The notes: generated by a model from the sequence alone, not told the origin. 63,985 bases of DNA from Rhynchobatus australiae (GCA_034780895.1 JAUZTB010000098.1:97198456-97262440), one strand, 5' to 3'; shown: positions 36,937 through 50,811, counted from the first letter of the stretch. A program made the numbers and translations.

Positions 36937-38879
36937 AAAAAAAGAGACCCAGTTTGTTAATCCTTTCCACTTTATTTTTCCTTTTTATATGTGGTTATAC
37001 TTTTGGAATCATCCTTCTAAATTTACTGTTGAGCTCTGTTCTTTTTTTTATAAACGTGGCAACCAGAACTGCACTCAGCACTCCAAGTGTAGCATACCAT
37101 TCCCACTTTACATTTCTGTCACTCCATGAATAAAACAAATTTGGTTTGCTTTCCTAGTCTTGGTAACCTGCGATACAACTTTTAGTGGACACTTGTACCT
37201 CTATCCCATCCGGACTTGCACTTTCCAATTTATAAGTGACCTCCCTATTCTTTGTGCCCTGCATATATCTGTGTTGAACCTGATTTTCCAATTAATTGCT
37301 CACTCTGAGTTTATTAATGTTCTCATGTACTTTGTTGCAGTCCCCTTTGGTATTATCTCTCTCAATTTGATATAATCTGTAAATTTAGCAGTGAGCTAAC
37401 ATGCCAGAAGATTTGTGTATTAAGGTGACATAATATAATTGCACATCTCAGCTGTAAACATTTTTACATTCAAGTTTGTTGTTTTTTGCTTCCAAGTGAT
37501 TTAACTCAAATTTTGAAGAATGAAATGAGCAAGAGGACTAAGAAAGAAAGACAACAATAAAGCAAAGTGGCTTATAATCGGAAATGCAAAAAATAACACT
37601 GGAAATAGACACCAAACAGTGTCTATGGAGAGTTAAATTTTCAGGCTGACCCTCTTTCACTAAAATTGGGAAATAGTAGATATTGAAGGTTTTGAAGGTT
37701 TTAAGCAAGTGGAGAGGCAGAGAAGACGGTGAGAAGAGGAAAGAAGAAAATGATGCATGATAGCAATGAGCAAAGGGATGAAGGTGCGAGCCAAAATGAA
37801 GTGATAACAGAACTAAAAAAGGGTCAGAATAATTAATTGAGGTTGAACTGCTCTGCTTGGAAAGGATTTACAGTCAAGGATGCAAATATCTTTTTGGAGT
37901 AACTGTGCATTGCTGATGGTGAAAGATCATTGGGTGGGAGTTACTTTGAAAGGTGACTCTCAACCCAACATGCAAATAATGTCATCTGTGTGACTGATTC
38001 TGCTCTTGCAAGATATTTCTTGATCTTGTTTAGTCCTGTAGCTGCTATTTAAAATTAAGTCTGCCTTTGTTCATTTAATTTTAAATTGACATCACTGGAA
38101 AGTGTTTTTTTGTTACCAGTCAGGCAGATTGATCAAGTTATAGGTATTAGTTCTATGTGCTTATTTAAATTATATCAATATTGAGTGTCAAAGCTATTCC
38201 TAGGCAGGGTGGAGACATCTGGGTCATTCCCAAAGCTTTATAACCACTTTGCTGTAAATGGCTGAGATTAATTTTATGTACATGTAGTTATCTGTCGCTC
38301 ACTGAATTTCTTTAGACCACTAATCCTGCTTCTATTGGGAGAAGTTTCTGTTTTGTTGACTTCTTAAATAAACCTTTGTTTTCTGAGTAAATTGAATTCT
38401 GTCTGCTGTTTTGAGTTCAGCCTGTTGGCTGACATGGTGATTTCCACAGAGATTCTAATATTTTATATAGTCGCAGCTTTTGGATGACAAGATCTCCACT
38501 TACTAAAAAAGTACACTGCCATTTTGATCATTCAAAAAGGTGCATGAAGTACAAAGTTTCAAAATAAGAGGGTAATTGTAGCCTTTTATTTGAAAGTAAT
38601 AGCCATGATGGTGCTCTGTAAAGTACCAGGATTTCTTGAAGAGGTTAAGGCAGAAAGCAACAACAAGTTCTATACGTTATAAATGAATTTGTAATTGGTT
38701 AGTTTTTGTTTTGTTCACTTGCTATTTTAAGGTGATTTCATTTTATTTTTTGAAATGCCTGAAGACTGAAAATATACAAAAGAATATCGAGCTCAGGAGT
38801 CAAATCTTTTTAATTTCCATTTTGCCTGTATAGGTACTATACAGGGCTATGCCATACCATTGGTGGTACTTCTACTTGT

Positions 38880-39265
38880 ACATACACCTCCCTCTGCTCC
38901 CTGTACACATTGGCTGCAGTACTTTCTACAAGGTGCACTGCAGCAACTCGCCAGGAATTTGCTGATGGCCTACTCCTTCTTACATTTATGATTTATTTGA
39001 AAACCCATCCCAAGCCTGTAACCACTCTTGCTGAGAACAGCAAGGACAGGAGGCAAGATAGGACACTGCCACTTGCAGGTTCCCCACCATGTTGCACGTT
39101 ATCGTGATTTAGAAATGTATGGCCATTCTTTGATCATCACCAGGTCTATAATCCTGGAAATTCCAATTGAACAGCAGTGTGGGAATATCTCCACCCCATG
39201 GACTGCAAGGCAACTTGATAGTTGGGGATGGCCAATAAATGCAGGCCTTAGCAGTGGTGAAATAT
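38880..39265 (+). mobile_element. LINE 3' fragment, CR1/L2 group (related tail at ~29720-29935)
   Basis: tggctgcagt...tacaaggtgcactgcagcaactcgccagg...gggatggccaataaatgcaggcct. Confidence 0.6.
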
Positions 39266-42200
39266 GTTTTGAAACAGTGAAAACAAACTTTACAATGTTG
39301 AGCTCTATTAACAAAGTATCTCACTTAAACCCAGGATTAATAATATAAAAACATTTGTATCTCACTCTAGCATGCGGTGTTTCGTGCTATGGCCAATTAG
39401 ATACCCGGGGGGCGGGGGGGTTGGAATATCATGAAATTGGCCAAAAAGGCATTAAGACTCAAAGCTGGCAAAGTGGGACCTGCATGGTTCTCTGCAGGAC
39501 CAGGCTCAACTGAACAGGGCTGCTGACACTTTAATGCATGTCACTCAGCTCTTAAAAGCACATTTCCCATAGCAATAAGACAGCAGCAGCAGCAACTCAC
39601 AATGAGCATGAGGAAGGGGGGAGAAACTCAGTCCAACTGCCCAGTCTTCCCTCTCCTCATTGTACTCTGTCTGTTCAGCAAAGATCATCATTTGTACATG
39701 AAAGCTCCATTTTATGTTGGTAGGAGCAGAGATCAGTGTTGCATGAAAAGTGATGTCAATAGGTGTGTTTTGACAGTAGGGGAGAAAGTTAGGCACTAAT
39801 GCGAATAGGACTGGGAAGGGCCCAGTCTAGTTTCCTGATAGGTACTGTTTCACTTGGAAATAATTATTAGAGTGATCTAATCTAATGCTGCATATCATTA
39901 GGTTGAGCAGAAAAGAGCAATTTGTTATATGAAAATATATTAAAATTGGAGGGAGACAGGCTGATTGACATAATCAATTTGTCTTGATAATAATGCTTCA
40001 GGTGGTAGTTGCATTATTTCCATGTCTATTTATCGCCTACATTGCAATCATTTGATCTATTATTAAATATACATTAGGTTGTTGCTTCAATCCAACTCCA
40101 GCAGGCCATTCTATAGCCTCATAATCCTCCCTAATAATTGGCTTATTTCACTTTCTGTCATATATCTGATGCATTTAATTTCTATCAATGTTGTAGACCT
40201 CAGTCAATGGAAACACTTTGTCCTATGTTTTCCCAGTTTCAAACTGCTTCAACCAAATTCCTTCATGATCTTCTTGATTTTAAGTTTTCCCAGTATTTGC
40301 AGTTCCTTATTCCAATCAGCATTCCATTACAAAATATTTGTATAGCCAACTATGCCATTCTCTATCTGGGATCAGACAGATTGTAACAACTTTTACCATT
40401 AAATTATGATTCTTATAAGCTGCAAGTCCTTCCACAATATCCTATATTTCATTAGCTTTACTTGTGTCCTTATCCTTTTGAGGTGTTGCTTTCCGTACCT
40501 TCTGCACCTCAGCTTTCTAATGCCCCATTTCTAAAATCCTAGTTTTGTCTCACTGAAAAATAATAGATTTTTAATGTATACTCTACACTTACTGACATAG
40601 AATTTTGTCTGCCAGCTCTTGCACATTGGCAATATAGCTACCTTTTAGTCCTCAGTTTAATGTCCTAAGCCTCCTACTTTACTATTTATTGCAAGTTTGA
40701 TATCACTCTTCCTAACCTGGTCTCCAGATCATTGAAGTTCATAGGAAGCATTTCCACCAAAGAACCCATTGGGTGACCACTACCATACCCCCAATCACAC
40801 TGCAAATCTTTCCTTAACTCTTTCTCTCTGTTTCCATCTTTCTGACCAATTTTGAATCCATTCTGCTAACATAATTCTAATTCTGTGCCTCTTCATCTGC
40901 TCTGGTATTTTCTCGTGTTTTACTTTGACCCAAGATATTCTGGATGTCCATGCAGAAGACATCCACTGCACTTTTTTCATACATCATGTTAAATGAATTG
41001 TGCTTTCAAGCATTACTTTTATTTTCTGACATCATTACAGGCTGTTTCTATTTATTTACAGTTCATCTAGATATTTAATAATTTCATCTTAAAGTCAACA
41101 TTATGAAATGCTACCTAGGGATCATGTTCATTTGAATGTAAATACCAAGAATGGCTTTGTTTCGCCTCTCCATTATAGTCTTTTTTTGTGAACATTGCTA
41201 TCTCTCTGCACTATTGATTTCTGCTAATTCTCCAGCAACTCACTGTCCCTGCCTATCCTCTCTTGCCTCTCATTTGAAAAGATCCTTTTTTAAGGTTATG
41301 TTTGTGGAATCCAGGCCTGTGTAATATTTTAAAAAAATATTACGTGCTGAAATGTCACCAACTTTCTTGGCCCCAATAACAATTCTTAGAAAAAGGAATT
41401 GAAATCAGCTCTATCAGTTCATATTCAAGGTATTACATTCATTCAACATGTGCAGCTGGTCACAGTAAGCTGTAGCAGAGATGCTTGCTTTTCCACAGTA
41501 CTTTTCACCACTCCAAGTCACCCCAAAGCACTTTGCAATGATGTGCTCTTGCAGAGTACTCACTGTTGTAATGCAAGCTCTTTGAGACAATAATGTGATA
41601 GTGACAATTCTTGTATGGTATTGATCAGAATAGTAGGGATAACTCTTCTGCTTTTCCTCAGAAGAGTACCTCACTGTTTGCTGACCGTATGATTGCTTTT
41701 GTTACATTAACGGCCAAATGACCCATTTTGCTTAAATGGAAGGATCCAATACCCCCTACTATTTTTCAATGGTTCTCTCAAACTATATCATGTTCAAACT
41801 TGGAAANNNNNNNNNNNNNNNNNNNNNNNNNNNNNNNNNNNNNNNNNNNNNNNNNNNNNNNNNNNNNNNNNNNNNNNNNNNNNNNNNNNNNNNNNNNNNN
41901 NNNNNNCAAAATTACAAATGCATCTGCTGTGTTCGTTTTGTTTTGTCTGCAGCAATTCTACATCTGGACTTTATCCTACAAATGTTCCTGCGTGTGTATG
42001 AAAGAGGGAAAGATTGAAAAAGATAGAAGAGTACCTCATTGTCTTTTGTGATCTCTCAAAATTGGGCTCAAATTAACAAAGTGTGCACCATTGTCAGCAA
42101 CACATTCCCTTGTTACTGAGCTCAAGTGTCAGCCTAGATATTTTGTGTTCATATCTTGAATAGGGACCTCAACCTTGAGCTTTGTGACATCTAAATGTTA

Positions 42201-45200
42201 TCAAATCTATAGAGCAAGAATTATTAGCCAAGTTTCAGGATGTCTCCAAAGGAAAGCGAAACTATTTCTTGCTACAAAAGATAAAACCATTAGTCCAGAA
42301 CGTTCTTGCAAAAGCTAGTGTCTCTACCAATTGGTTCTCTTGGGCAGTAATGGTATTGAAAGGAAAATATCACCTATATTGATTCAAAACTACTCAACAA
42401 AGCTTTGATTTATAATAATTAGCCCTTCTGAATGACAGATTCAGGTGCTTATAATCTCCTCCGGCGCTACATCCATCTTCCATTTTGGGCCTCTTAATCA
42501 TTCTCAGATTNNNNNNNNNNNNNNNNNNNNNNNNNNNNNNNNNNNNNNNNNNNNNNNNNNNNNNNNNNNNNNNNNNNNNNNNNNNNNNNNNNNNNNNNNN
42601 NNNNNNNNNNGGCCTCTTAATCATTCTCAGATTTTATTGATTCACCGCAATAATACAAAGTCATTGCCCAGCAGATGTGGTTAACTCCTGACAATGTGTT
42701 CCACTGAAATCGAGGGAATTGAATGTTCAGAGGTGAAAACCACTGATGCCAGATATCCTGGCACATGACTTAACATAGTGACCAAAAATTAATTTTTTTT
42801 ATCATGTTTTGGAAATTTGGACCTTCTCGAGACAGAAGAGCATTTATTTAGCCACTTTAGTTGAAGAATTAGTTAAAAACGTATACTGCATGCTGAAGAC
42901 TGTGCTTTTAACAATTGGAACAACAATTTGCTCCTTTTAAATATATCACTCTTGGGCAATATCATTTTACCGTGTTTGGGGAGTTTTATCCCACATTACT
43001 GTTGTGCATTCTGCTTACTTTACAAATCCAACCAATTATTTATGTTCCAACTCTGATTTATGAGCTTTTAAAAACAAAATTGTTTTATCATTGCACATAG
43101 GAATTGAAATAGAATGGCTTAGCTGTCAGCCCAGTACACAATGTGACTGATCCACTTTGGTCAGAATCATTAAACAATGCCATATATGGGCATGCTGTGA
43201 TTTGTAAGCCCAGGTAATTGGTAGCAAACCAACAGTACCTTCATGTAGTTAGCAAGTGTATGCTTGGGTTACAAGATTTGTATATTTTACAGGCTAATGA
43301 GCCTTCTGTGTTTTTCTGTTAATGCTATATTAATAGTGTTCTAATAGGAATTACTATTCAATTAAAAGCTCATCTTTTAATCACCTTTTCCATCCATTGT
43401 AAAAATGTTAAAGCCAATGATATCTGTCCAAATCTATGCCTCATGTATCACTTAATAAACTTCCTGGTTGTTTGTTTTTAATACTTCAGGTATACTTCAA
43501 GGACTCGCTGCAATTTGTCTTTGGTTGCTTGCAATATAGTAGCNNNNNNNNNNNNNNNNNNNNNNNNNNNNNNNNNNNNNNNNNNNNNNNNNNNNNNNNN
43601 NNNNNNNNNNNNNNNNNNNNNNNNNNNNNNNNNNNNNNNNNNNNNNNNNNNNNNNNNNNNNNNNNNNNNNNNNNNNNNNNNNNNNNNNNNNNNNNNNNNN
43701 NNNNNNNNNNNNNNNNNNNNNNNNNNNNNNNNNNNNNNNNNNNNNNNNNNNNNNNNNNNNNNNNNNNNNNNNNNNNNNNNNNNNNNNNNNNNNNNNNNNN
43801 NNNNNNNNNNNNNGGTGCCCCATGCATAGTGTTTGATGGAGCAGGTGGTGAAAATTACTGGGCTAGAATCTGGAGGCCAGGTGCGCCAATCCAGTGACAC
43901 GAATTTGAATCCTCGGGGATTTAAATTAAAGTAATTTATGTAAAGCTGAAATGGCAATAGTGGTGAATGTGAACCTATTGGGTTGTTGTTGTTTAAAAAC
44001 CCATCCGGTTCACTGATGCCTTCCCTTTTGGAGAGGCAAATTTGCTATTCTTATCTTGGCCTGGTCCTAGTGTTTTTAGCCCAGAGAATGAGAAATATCT
44101 TATTGCTGTGTACTTTCTATTCATGGTGCATTTACAGATATTGAACAAGTATTCATCTTGTCAGTGGCACGCATATCCCATGAATAAACAAATATGAAAA
44201 AAAGTCTATAATTACAAGCCTTTCTTGACATGATTGCAATTCTTGCAATGCATGTGTTACTTCGGGACAGGGGAAGGATCTTTGCTCCATAAAGAGAATA
44301 AACTTTCATAATCACAGTGTTGCTTAGCATCTCTGACTTGGTCTCTAAATCTTCTCAATGCAACCAGGTCAATGACTTGCTGGACACGTTACTATGGCAA
44401 CATTACTATTAACCTTCACTTTGCTAACCAGAGATAATATCAGGAGATTGCGAAAAGAGGGATAGACAATCTATTTCCCAACAAAAATAAGCATCAGCAG
44501 TGATTAATTAATTTAAAACAATTGCTGAAAGTCTCATTTGATGCACTATATAAAGACCTTTTGAAGCAGATATACATAAAAGGTTTAAAGGTCTTTGACT
44601 TGAAATATCAACCCTGTTTCTCTCTCTACAGNNNNNNNNNNNNNNNNNNNNNNNNNNNNNNNNNNNNNNNNNNNNNNNNNNNNNNNNNNNNNNNNNNNNN
44701 NNNNNNNNNNNNNNNNNNNNNNNNNNNNNNNNNNNNNNNNNNNNNNNNNNNNNNNNNNNNNNNNNNNNNNNNNNNNNNNNNNNNNNNNNNNNNNNNNNNN
44801 NNNNNNNNNNNNNNNNNNNNNNNNNNNNNNNNNNNNNNNNNNNNNNNNNNNNNNNNNNNNNNNNNNNNNNNNNNNNNNNNNNNNNNNNNNNNNNNNNNNN
44901 NNNNNNNNNNNNNNNNNNNNNNNNNNNNNNNNNNNNNNNNNNNNNNNNNNNNNNNNNNNNNNNNNNNNNNNNNNNNNNNNNNNNNNNNNNNNNNNNNNNN
45001 NNNNNNNNNNNNNNNNNNNNNNNNNNNNNNNNNNNNNNNNNNNNNNNNNNNNNNNNNNNNNNNNNNNNNNNNNNNNNNNNNNNNNNNNNNNNNNNNNNNN
45101 NNNNNNNNNNNNNNNNNNNNNNNNNNNNNNNNNNNNNNNNNNNNNNNNNNNNNNNNNNNNNNNNNNNNNNNNNNNNNNNNNNNNNNNNNNNNNNNNNNNN

Positions 45201-45341
45201 NNNNNNNNNNNNNNNNNNNNNNNNNNNNNNNNNNNNNNNNNNNNNNNNNNNNNNNNNNNNNNNNNNNNNNNNNNNNNNNNNNNNNNNNNNNNNNNNNNNN
45301 NNNNNNNNNNNNNNNNNNNNNNNNNNNNNNNNNNNNNNNNN

Positions 45342-45476
45342 GATAGACACATGAATGATAGAAAAATAGGGGGCTATGTGGGAGGGAAGGGTTAGATAGA
45401 TCTTAGAGAAGGATAAAATGTCGGCACAACACTGTGGGCTGAAGGGCCTTTACTGTTCTGTAGTGTTCTATGTTCA
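45342..45476 (+). mobile_element. CR1-type 3' tail emerging from an N gap
   Basis: ggcacaacactgtgggctgaagggcctttactgttctgtagtgttctatgttc. Confidence 0.75.
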
Positions 45477-45764
45477 ACAGAGTAGACCCAGTCTGATTAA
45501 TTTCTTCCCATCCAAGGAATCAATCTGGTGAATTTTTGTTGCATTCCCAGTATTACAAACACATCCTCCTTTAGGATGGGACACTGGACCTAGATGCAAT
45601 ATTCCAGGTTTGGTCTCACCAAGGTCCTATATAAATTCAGTAAGACTTCTTTAGTCTGGTATTTCAGTAGCCTTGCAAGAAAGACCAACGTACCCTTTGC
45701 CTTGTTAATTGCTTGCTGTACCGGCACATTAACTTTGTGATTTGTTTGCACTGATGGGATTTGC

Positions 45765-46715
45765 ACCCATTTGGAAAGGCATGGCCTGCTTAGGGACAGT
45801 CAGCATGGCTTTGTGCAGGGCAGATCATGCCTTACAAACTTGATGGATTTTTTGAGGAGGTGACAAAGGAGCTTGATGAAGGTAAAGCAGTAAATGTTAT
45901 CTATATGGAATTTAGTAAGGCATTTGATAAGGTCCCTCACGGTAGGTTGATTCAAAAGATAAATATGTATGAGACCCGGAGTGAATTGCAAGTTTGGATT
46001 TGGAACTGGCTTGCCCATAAAAGACGGAGTAGGGGTGGAAGGCTGTTATTCTGGCTGAAGGTCCATGACCAGTGGTGTTCCACGAGGATCGGTGCTGGGA
46101 CCTCTGTTGTTTGTGATGTAGATGGGTGGACTAGCAAGTTTGCAAATCACACCAAGGTTGGTGGAGTTGTGGACAGTGTAAAGGACTGTTAAAGAATACA
46201 ACAGGATATAGATCAGTTACAGATATGGGCAGAGAGGTGGCAGATGGAGTTTAATCTGGGCAAATGTGAAGTTTTGCTCTTTGGGAGGTCAAATGAAAGG
46301 AGGAAGTATACAGTTAATGGTAGACCCCTTAATAGCACTGAGGTACAGAGGGATCTTGGGGTCCAGGTCCATAGTTCAATGAAAGTGGCTATGCAAGTGG
46401 ATACGGTAGTAAAGAAGGTGTATGGTATTCTTGCCTTCATTGGTAGCGGTGTTGAGTATTAGCGTAAGGAAGTCATGCTGCAGCTATATAAAACTTTAGT
46501 CAGACCACACTTGGAGTATTGCATGCAGTTCTGTTTGCCCCAATATAGGAAGAATATGGAGAATAGGAAGAAAGGGTGCAGAAGAGGTTTACCAGGATGT
46601 TGCCTGGATTATAGGGTATGAGCTATAAAGAAAGGTTGAACAAACTTGTGTTGTTCTCCCTAGAGTGTTGAAGGCTGAGGGGAGACCTGATAGATGTTTT
46701 TTAAATTATGAGAGG
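45765..46715 (+). mobile_element. CR1 LINE RT fragment (an older minus-strand CR1 remnant lies at ~45480-45760)
   Basis: [77 protein letters not shown]. Confidence 0.92.
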
Positions 46716-47664
46716 NNNNNNNNNNNNNNNNNNNNNNNNNNNNNNNNNNNNNNNNNNNNNNNNNNNNNNNNNNNNNNNNNNNNNNNNNNNNNNNNNNNNN
46801 NNNNNNNNNNNNNNNNNNNNNNNNNNNNNNNNNNNNNNNNNNNNNNNNNNNNNNNNNNNNNNNNNNNNNNNNNNNNNNNNNNNNNNNNNNNNNNNNNNNN
46901 NNNNNNNNNNNNNNNNNNNNNNNNNNNNNNNNNNNNNNNNNNNNNNNNNNNNNNNNNNNNNNNNNNNNNNNNNNNNNNNNNNNNNNNNNNNNNNNNNNNN
47001 NNNNNNNNNNNNNNNNNNNNNNNNNNNNNNNNNNNNNNNNNNNNNNNNNNNNNNNNNNNNNNNNNNNNNNNNNNNNNNNNNNNNNNNNNNNNNNNNNNNN
47101 NNNNNNNNNNNNNNNNNNNNNNNNNNNNNNNNNNNNNNNNNNNNNNNNNNNNNNNNNNNNNNNNNNNNNNNNNNNNNNNNNNNNNNNNNNNNNNNNNNNN
47201 NNNNNNNNNNNNNNNNNNNNNNNNNNNNNNNNNNNNNNNNNNNNNNNNNNNNNNNNNNNNNNNNNNNNNNNNNNNNNNNNNNNNNNNNNNNNNNNNNNNN
47301 NNNNNNNNNNNNNNNNNNNNNNNNNNNNNNNNNNNNNNNNNNNNNNNNNNNNNNNNNNNNNNNNNNNNNNNNNNNNNNNNNNNNNNNNNNNNNNNNNNNN
47401 NNNNNNNNNNNNNNNNNNNNNNNNNNNNNNNNNNNNNNNNNNNNNNNNNNNNNNNNNNNNNNNNNNNNNNNNNNNNNNNNNNNNNNNNNNNNNNNNNNNN
47501 NNNNNNNNNNNNNNNNNNNNNNNNNNNNNNNNNNNNNNNNNNNNNNNNNNNNNNNNNNNNNNNNNNNNNNNNNNNNNNNNNNNNNNNNNNNNNNNNNNNN
47601 NNNNNNNNNNNNNNNNNNNNNNNNNNNNNNNNNNNNNNNNNNNNNNNNNNNNNNNNNNNNNNNG

Positions 47665-48590
47665 TGCCGACCATGATGCCAACTTAAACTAATCTCATCT
47701 GTCTGCACGTGATCTATATCCCTCCATTCCCTGCCTGTTCATTTACTGCATACCTTTAGTTCTTCACTATTTCTAGGTGGTTTTCCATGTTTCCTTCTGT
47801 GAATGCCGATACAAAATTTTGCTGCTGTTTTGTGATTCCTCAGCGTAATTTCTCCTGGTTATGTTTGTAAGGGACTTGCATTAGCATTAACTTTTGTTTT
47901 TTTTTCCCCATTTTACACATCTATAGAAGCTTTAACATCCTATTTTTATGTTTCTTGCTGGATTACTCTTGTATTCTATTTTTCCTTAATCAATACCCTG
48001 GTTCTCCTTTGCAGAATTCTGTTATTTTCTCAGTCCTCAGACTTGTTGATCTGCTTGGTGACATTATAAACCTTTTCCTTTGGTCTACTGGACTTTTTCA
48101 CTTGGTAGCCACAGCTTGACCACTTTTCTAGTTTAGTTTTTGTGCTTTATTTGCTGTAACCTATGTGTTAAATTTTTAAATGTTAGCCATTTCTCATTTA
48201 AGACCCTGGTTTCAGATTGAATTAAATCAATTTTAATCTATACCAAATGTTATCAATCATGATATCCTTGCCCTAAAGGGTCCTTAATCATGAGATTATT
48301 AATTGATCTTTTTTCATTGTGTCATATTAGAACTAAAGCAGCTTTTTCCCACATTAATTCCTGATTTAGAATATCACTTCTTATGCACTTCATGAAGTTG
48401 TTCTCCTCACTATATTTTGCTAATTTGGTTTGCCCAGCCTACATGCAGATTGAAGCTCCCATGGTTATTGTATCACCCTTGTAACATGCTCTAATTTCAT
48501 GGTTTATACTGCATCCTACATAATGACCACTGATTGGGATCCAGAAGAAAGCTCCCACCAATGCTTTCCGCCTCCTGTTGTTTCTTAGAT
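47665..48590 (-). mobile_element. Degraded CR1-derived sequence
   Basis: CR1 tail reverse complement at 47665-47740; cccatggttatt...tttatactgcatcct resembles the CR1 endonuclease region. Confidence 0.4.
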
Positions 48591-49434
48591 AAAAAAGATA
48601 GTTTTTCCATCATTAGAAAGGGAACAAGAAAAGCTGCCATTTCCACAGTGGCTTTCAAGCACTTTTCAGGATATCCCAAAGCACTTTATTGACGATGAAG
48701 TAAGTTTTTTTTATGCCTGGTTACACTTGAAAAGTAGGAAATAGATCACTACATACATCATTAGTTGTGTAACATCAGTTCTTCAAGGGCTCTCTAGAGG
48801 TCCAAAATTACGATATTACTGATTTATTGAAAATAATTTGTTACCATGCATGTTGTATCCAACACCTCTGATAGTTGAGATCAACAGTGTTTCTTTTTTT
48901 TGACTATAAGGAAGACGAATTTTCTAGGATGCTTTTGAATTACTGTTGTTTTCAGTTTGAAAGAAATTCACAATTGGAAAAAGAGACACAGGATAGGTAG
49001 AGTCCTAATGATCAAGTAGAGTAATTGTAAAACATATTTGTGAATTCTGACTATGTCAAAGATACCAGGGTAAACAGTAATTAATTTAGATCCATTATCT
49101 AAACCTGAACAGTGGATTGCAGTTTCAGATCATCCTTTGATATCTGCTGTTGGTTTCATTTTCATGTAGGGATTATACATTTTGTTTTATAAACTGATAA
49201 AATGGATACTCCTCAGTTCATTGAGATCATGGTTAACCCTTGACTTCATTCCTACTTACTTGCGCAACCTGCCACGTCACTCAATTCCCTTGTAGTTTCT
49301 TTTCATGCTAACGGGCAACAGTGTGTTTCTTATTATGACTTCTGTATAGAATTACTGAAATTGTTTGGCACCCTGTACAGTCTAGATAGTTTTTGGGGAG
49401 AACAGTATTAGCTTAAATGCCCATATTCCCTGTT

Positions 49435-49522
49435 GTCCTGATGCAGGTTTTCAACCTGAAAATGTTGGCAATTCCTTCCCACCCCACAGATGCTGCTGAA
49501 TTCCTCTAGCAGACTGTTTGTA
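49435..49522 (+). mobile_element. Penelope-like terminal repeat with mutated hammerhead core
   Basis: CTGATGC, then aggttttcaacct, GAAA and ccacagatgctgct..ttcctctagcagactgtttg. Confidence 0.6.
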
Positions 49523-49539
49523 GATTACCTTCTTGCCCT

Positions 49540-49870
49540 GTTGGAGAAGTGCCTGACCTTTCCGTAGTAACATCCATGAATATCCTTTGCTCTGCCTTGG
49601 ATCATTGCTGGAACCCTGGTCTGTGCCTTTGTCACCTCCTGGTTCAATAACTCAAAGTCTTCTGTCCATCCTCCCATTGTCACCCACCCTGAGCTCATCC
49701 AAATCTTTATTGTTGGTATCCTATCCAGTGCCAAGTCCTGCTTAGTAGTCATCTTGGTTGCTGCTGATCTGCAATGGTACTCGGCCTCACTGTCCTTAGC
49801 CTCATGTTTATATCCCTTCTTCCCTTCTCCCCTCACTAGCCATAACATATTCAATGAAATCATGGATGAC
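49540..49870 (+). mobile_element. L2 LINE ORF2 remnant
   Basis: AGTLVCAFVTSWFNNS...ELIQ resembles L2 ETLIHAFVTSRLDYSN...LIQN. Confidence 0.55.
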
Positions 49871-50059
49871 AACTTTCTGAGTACTCTTTGTCCCATAATT
49901 CTAAGCTCCAATACACCCCCTGCTCTTTTCAAATGTGTAAGTTAAATGAAAATTGTTGACAAAATGATTAATTTGAGGGGCCAATTGGTAAATTAGGAAA
50001 TCTTGGCCCTATGTGGTACAAGTGCTACTATCTCTTACAAGCTAGTAGCACATGTACCT

Positions 50060-50300
50060 CTGAGCCAGCAGGTTAGAATTGCAGTTGAACTCATGGAACA
50101 CAGTGTCAAAGTGCTGAGAGAGTGCTGCACTGGTGAAGGTGTTGTCCTTTGGAAGAGGCCTTGCTACTCACTTCTGTGGTTGTTAAAAATCCCATGGTGT
50201 AATTTTGAAAAGAACAGAGCAGTTATCCCTTGTGTACTGCCTGATATTTTTCCCTCAATCAACATCACTGAAACTGATAATTTGGCCATTTAACTTGCAG
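50060..50300 (+). mobile_element. Deu-domain SINE
   Basis: gagtgctgcactggtgaaggt...aaaatcccatgg...gaagaacagag-like...ccctcaatcaacatcactgaaactgat. Confidence 0.7.
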
Positions 50301-50573
50301 TCGAATCCCTTTTCCCTGGAGCTTTCTGAAAATGCTGTAATTACCCTGGAATATCATTGATTTCTTTCTCATTGACAATTTTGCTGTTGCATTACTTTGG
50401 GGTACAACTTGGCAGTGGCAAATTGCCATCTTATACACCAGCTAATTCATTAAAAACCTCTTAATACCTGAACACCTTTGATCAATTTCCCCATATTCAT
50501 GTTGATCTATTTCATCAGCACATGTCTTTGCCAAAAATAATTTGTGTCCCTTTCTTTCATTCCTTATTTGTAG

Positions 50574-50739
50574 GAAAGTCTTAAAGGAGATATCGGTTGG
50601 AGATCTGGAGCCAAATGAGACTGTACAGGCTAATTTGGAAGCACAGTTGCTCTCGAAGCTTGACCATCCAGCGATTGTTAAATTCTACTCCAGTTTCGTA
50701 GAGGAATTTAGTTTCTGCATCATTACAGAATACTGTGAG
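50574..50739 (+). CDS. NEK11: Internal coding exon of serine/threonine kinase NEK11 (kinase subdomains II-V)
   Basis: Polypyrimidine tract and AG acceptor (tttctttcattccttatttgtag|G) plus donor GAG|gtgagc. 166 nt: one base completing the previous codon, then 55 codons. Reads KVLKEISVGDLEPNETVQANLEAQLLSKLDHPAIVKFYSSFVEEFSFCIITEYCE, close to recalled NEK11 KVLKEISVGELNPNETVQANLEAQLLSKLDHPAIVKF...FCIITEYCE. Includes the catalytic Lys, the alphaC Glu and the hinge. Confidence 0.95.
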
Positions 50740-50811
50740 GTGAGCAATTATTGAACCAGCAGAGAGAAGCATTGCAATGTTTCCAATTTATTTGGGTGTA
50801 TGTTGTGGGAA

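Noticed and set aside
42488-42633. 23-bp direct repeat GGCCTCTTAATCATTCTCAGATT on both sides of a 100-N gap
   Set aside because: Most simply a contig-end overlap across a placeholder gap. A TSD around an unassembled insert cannot be shown without reads.
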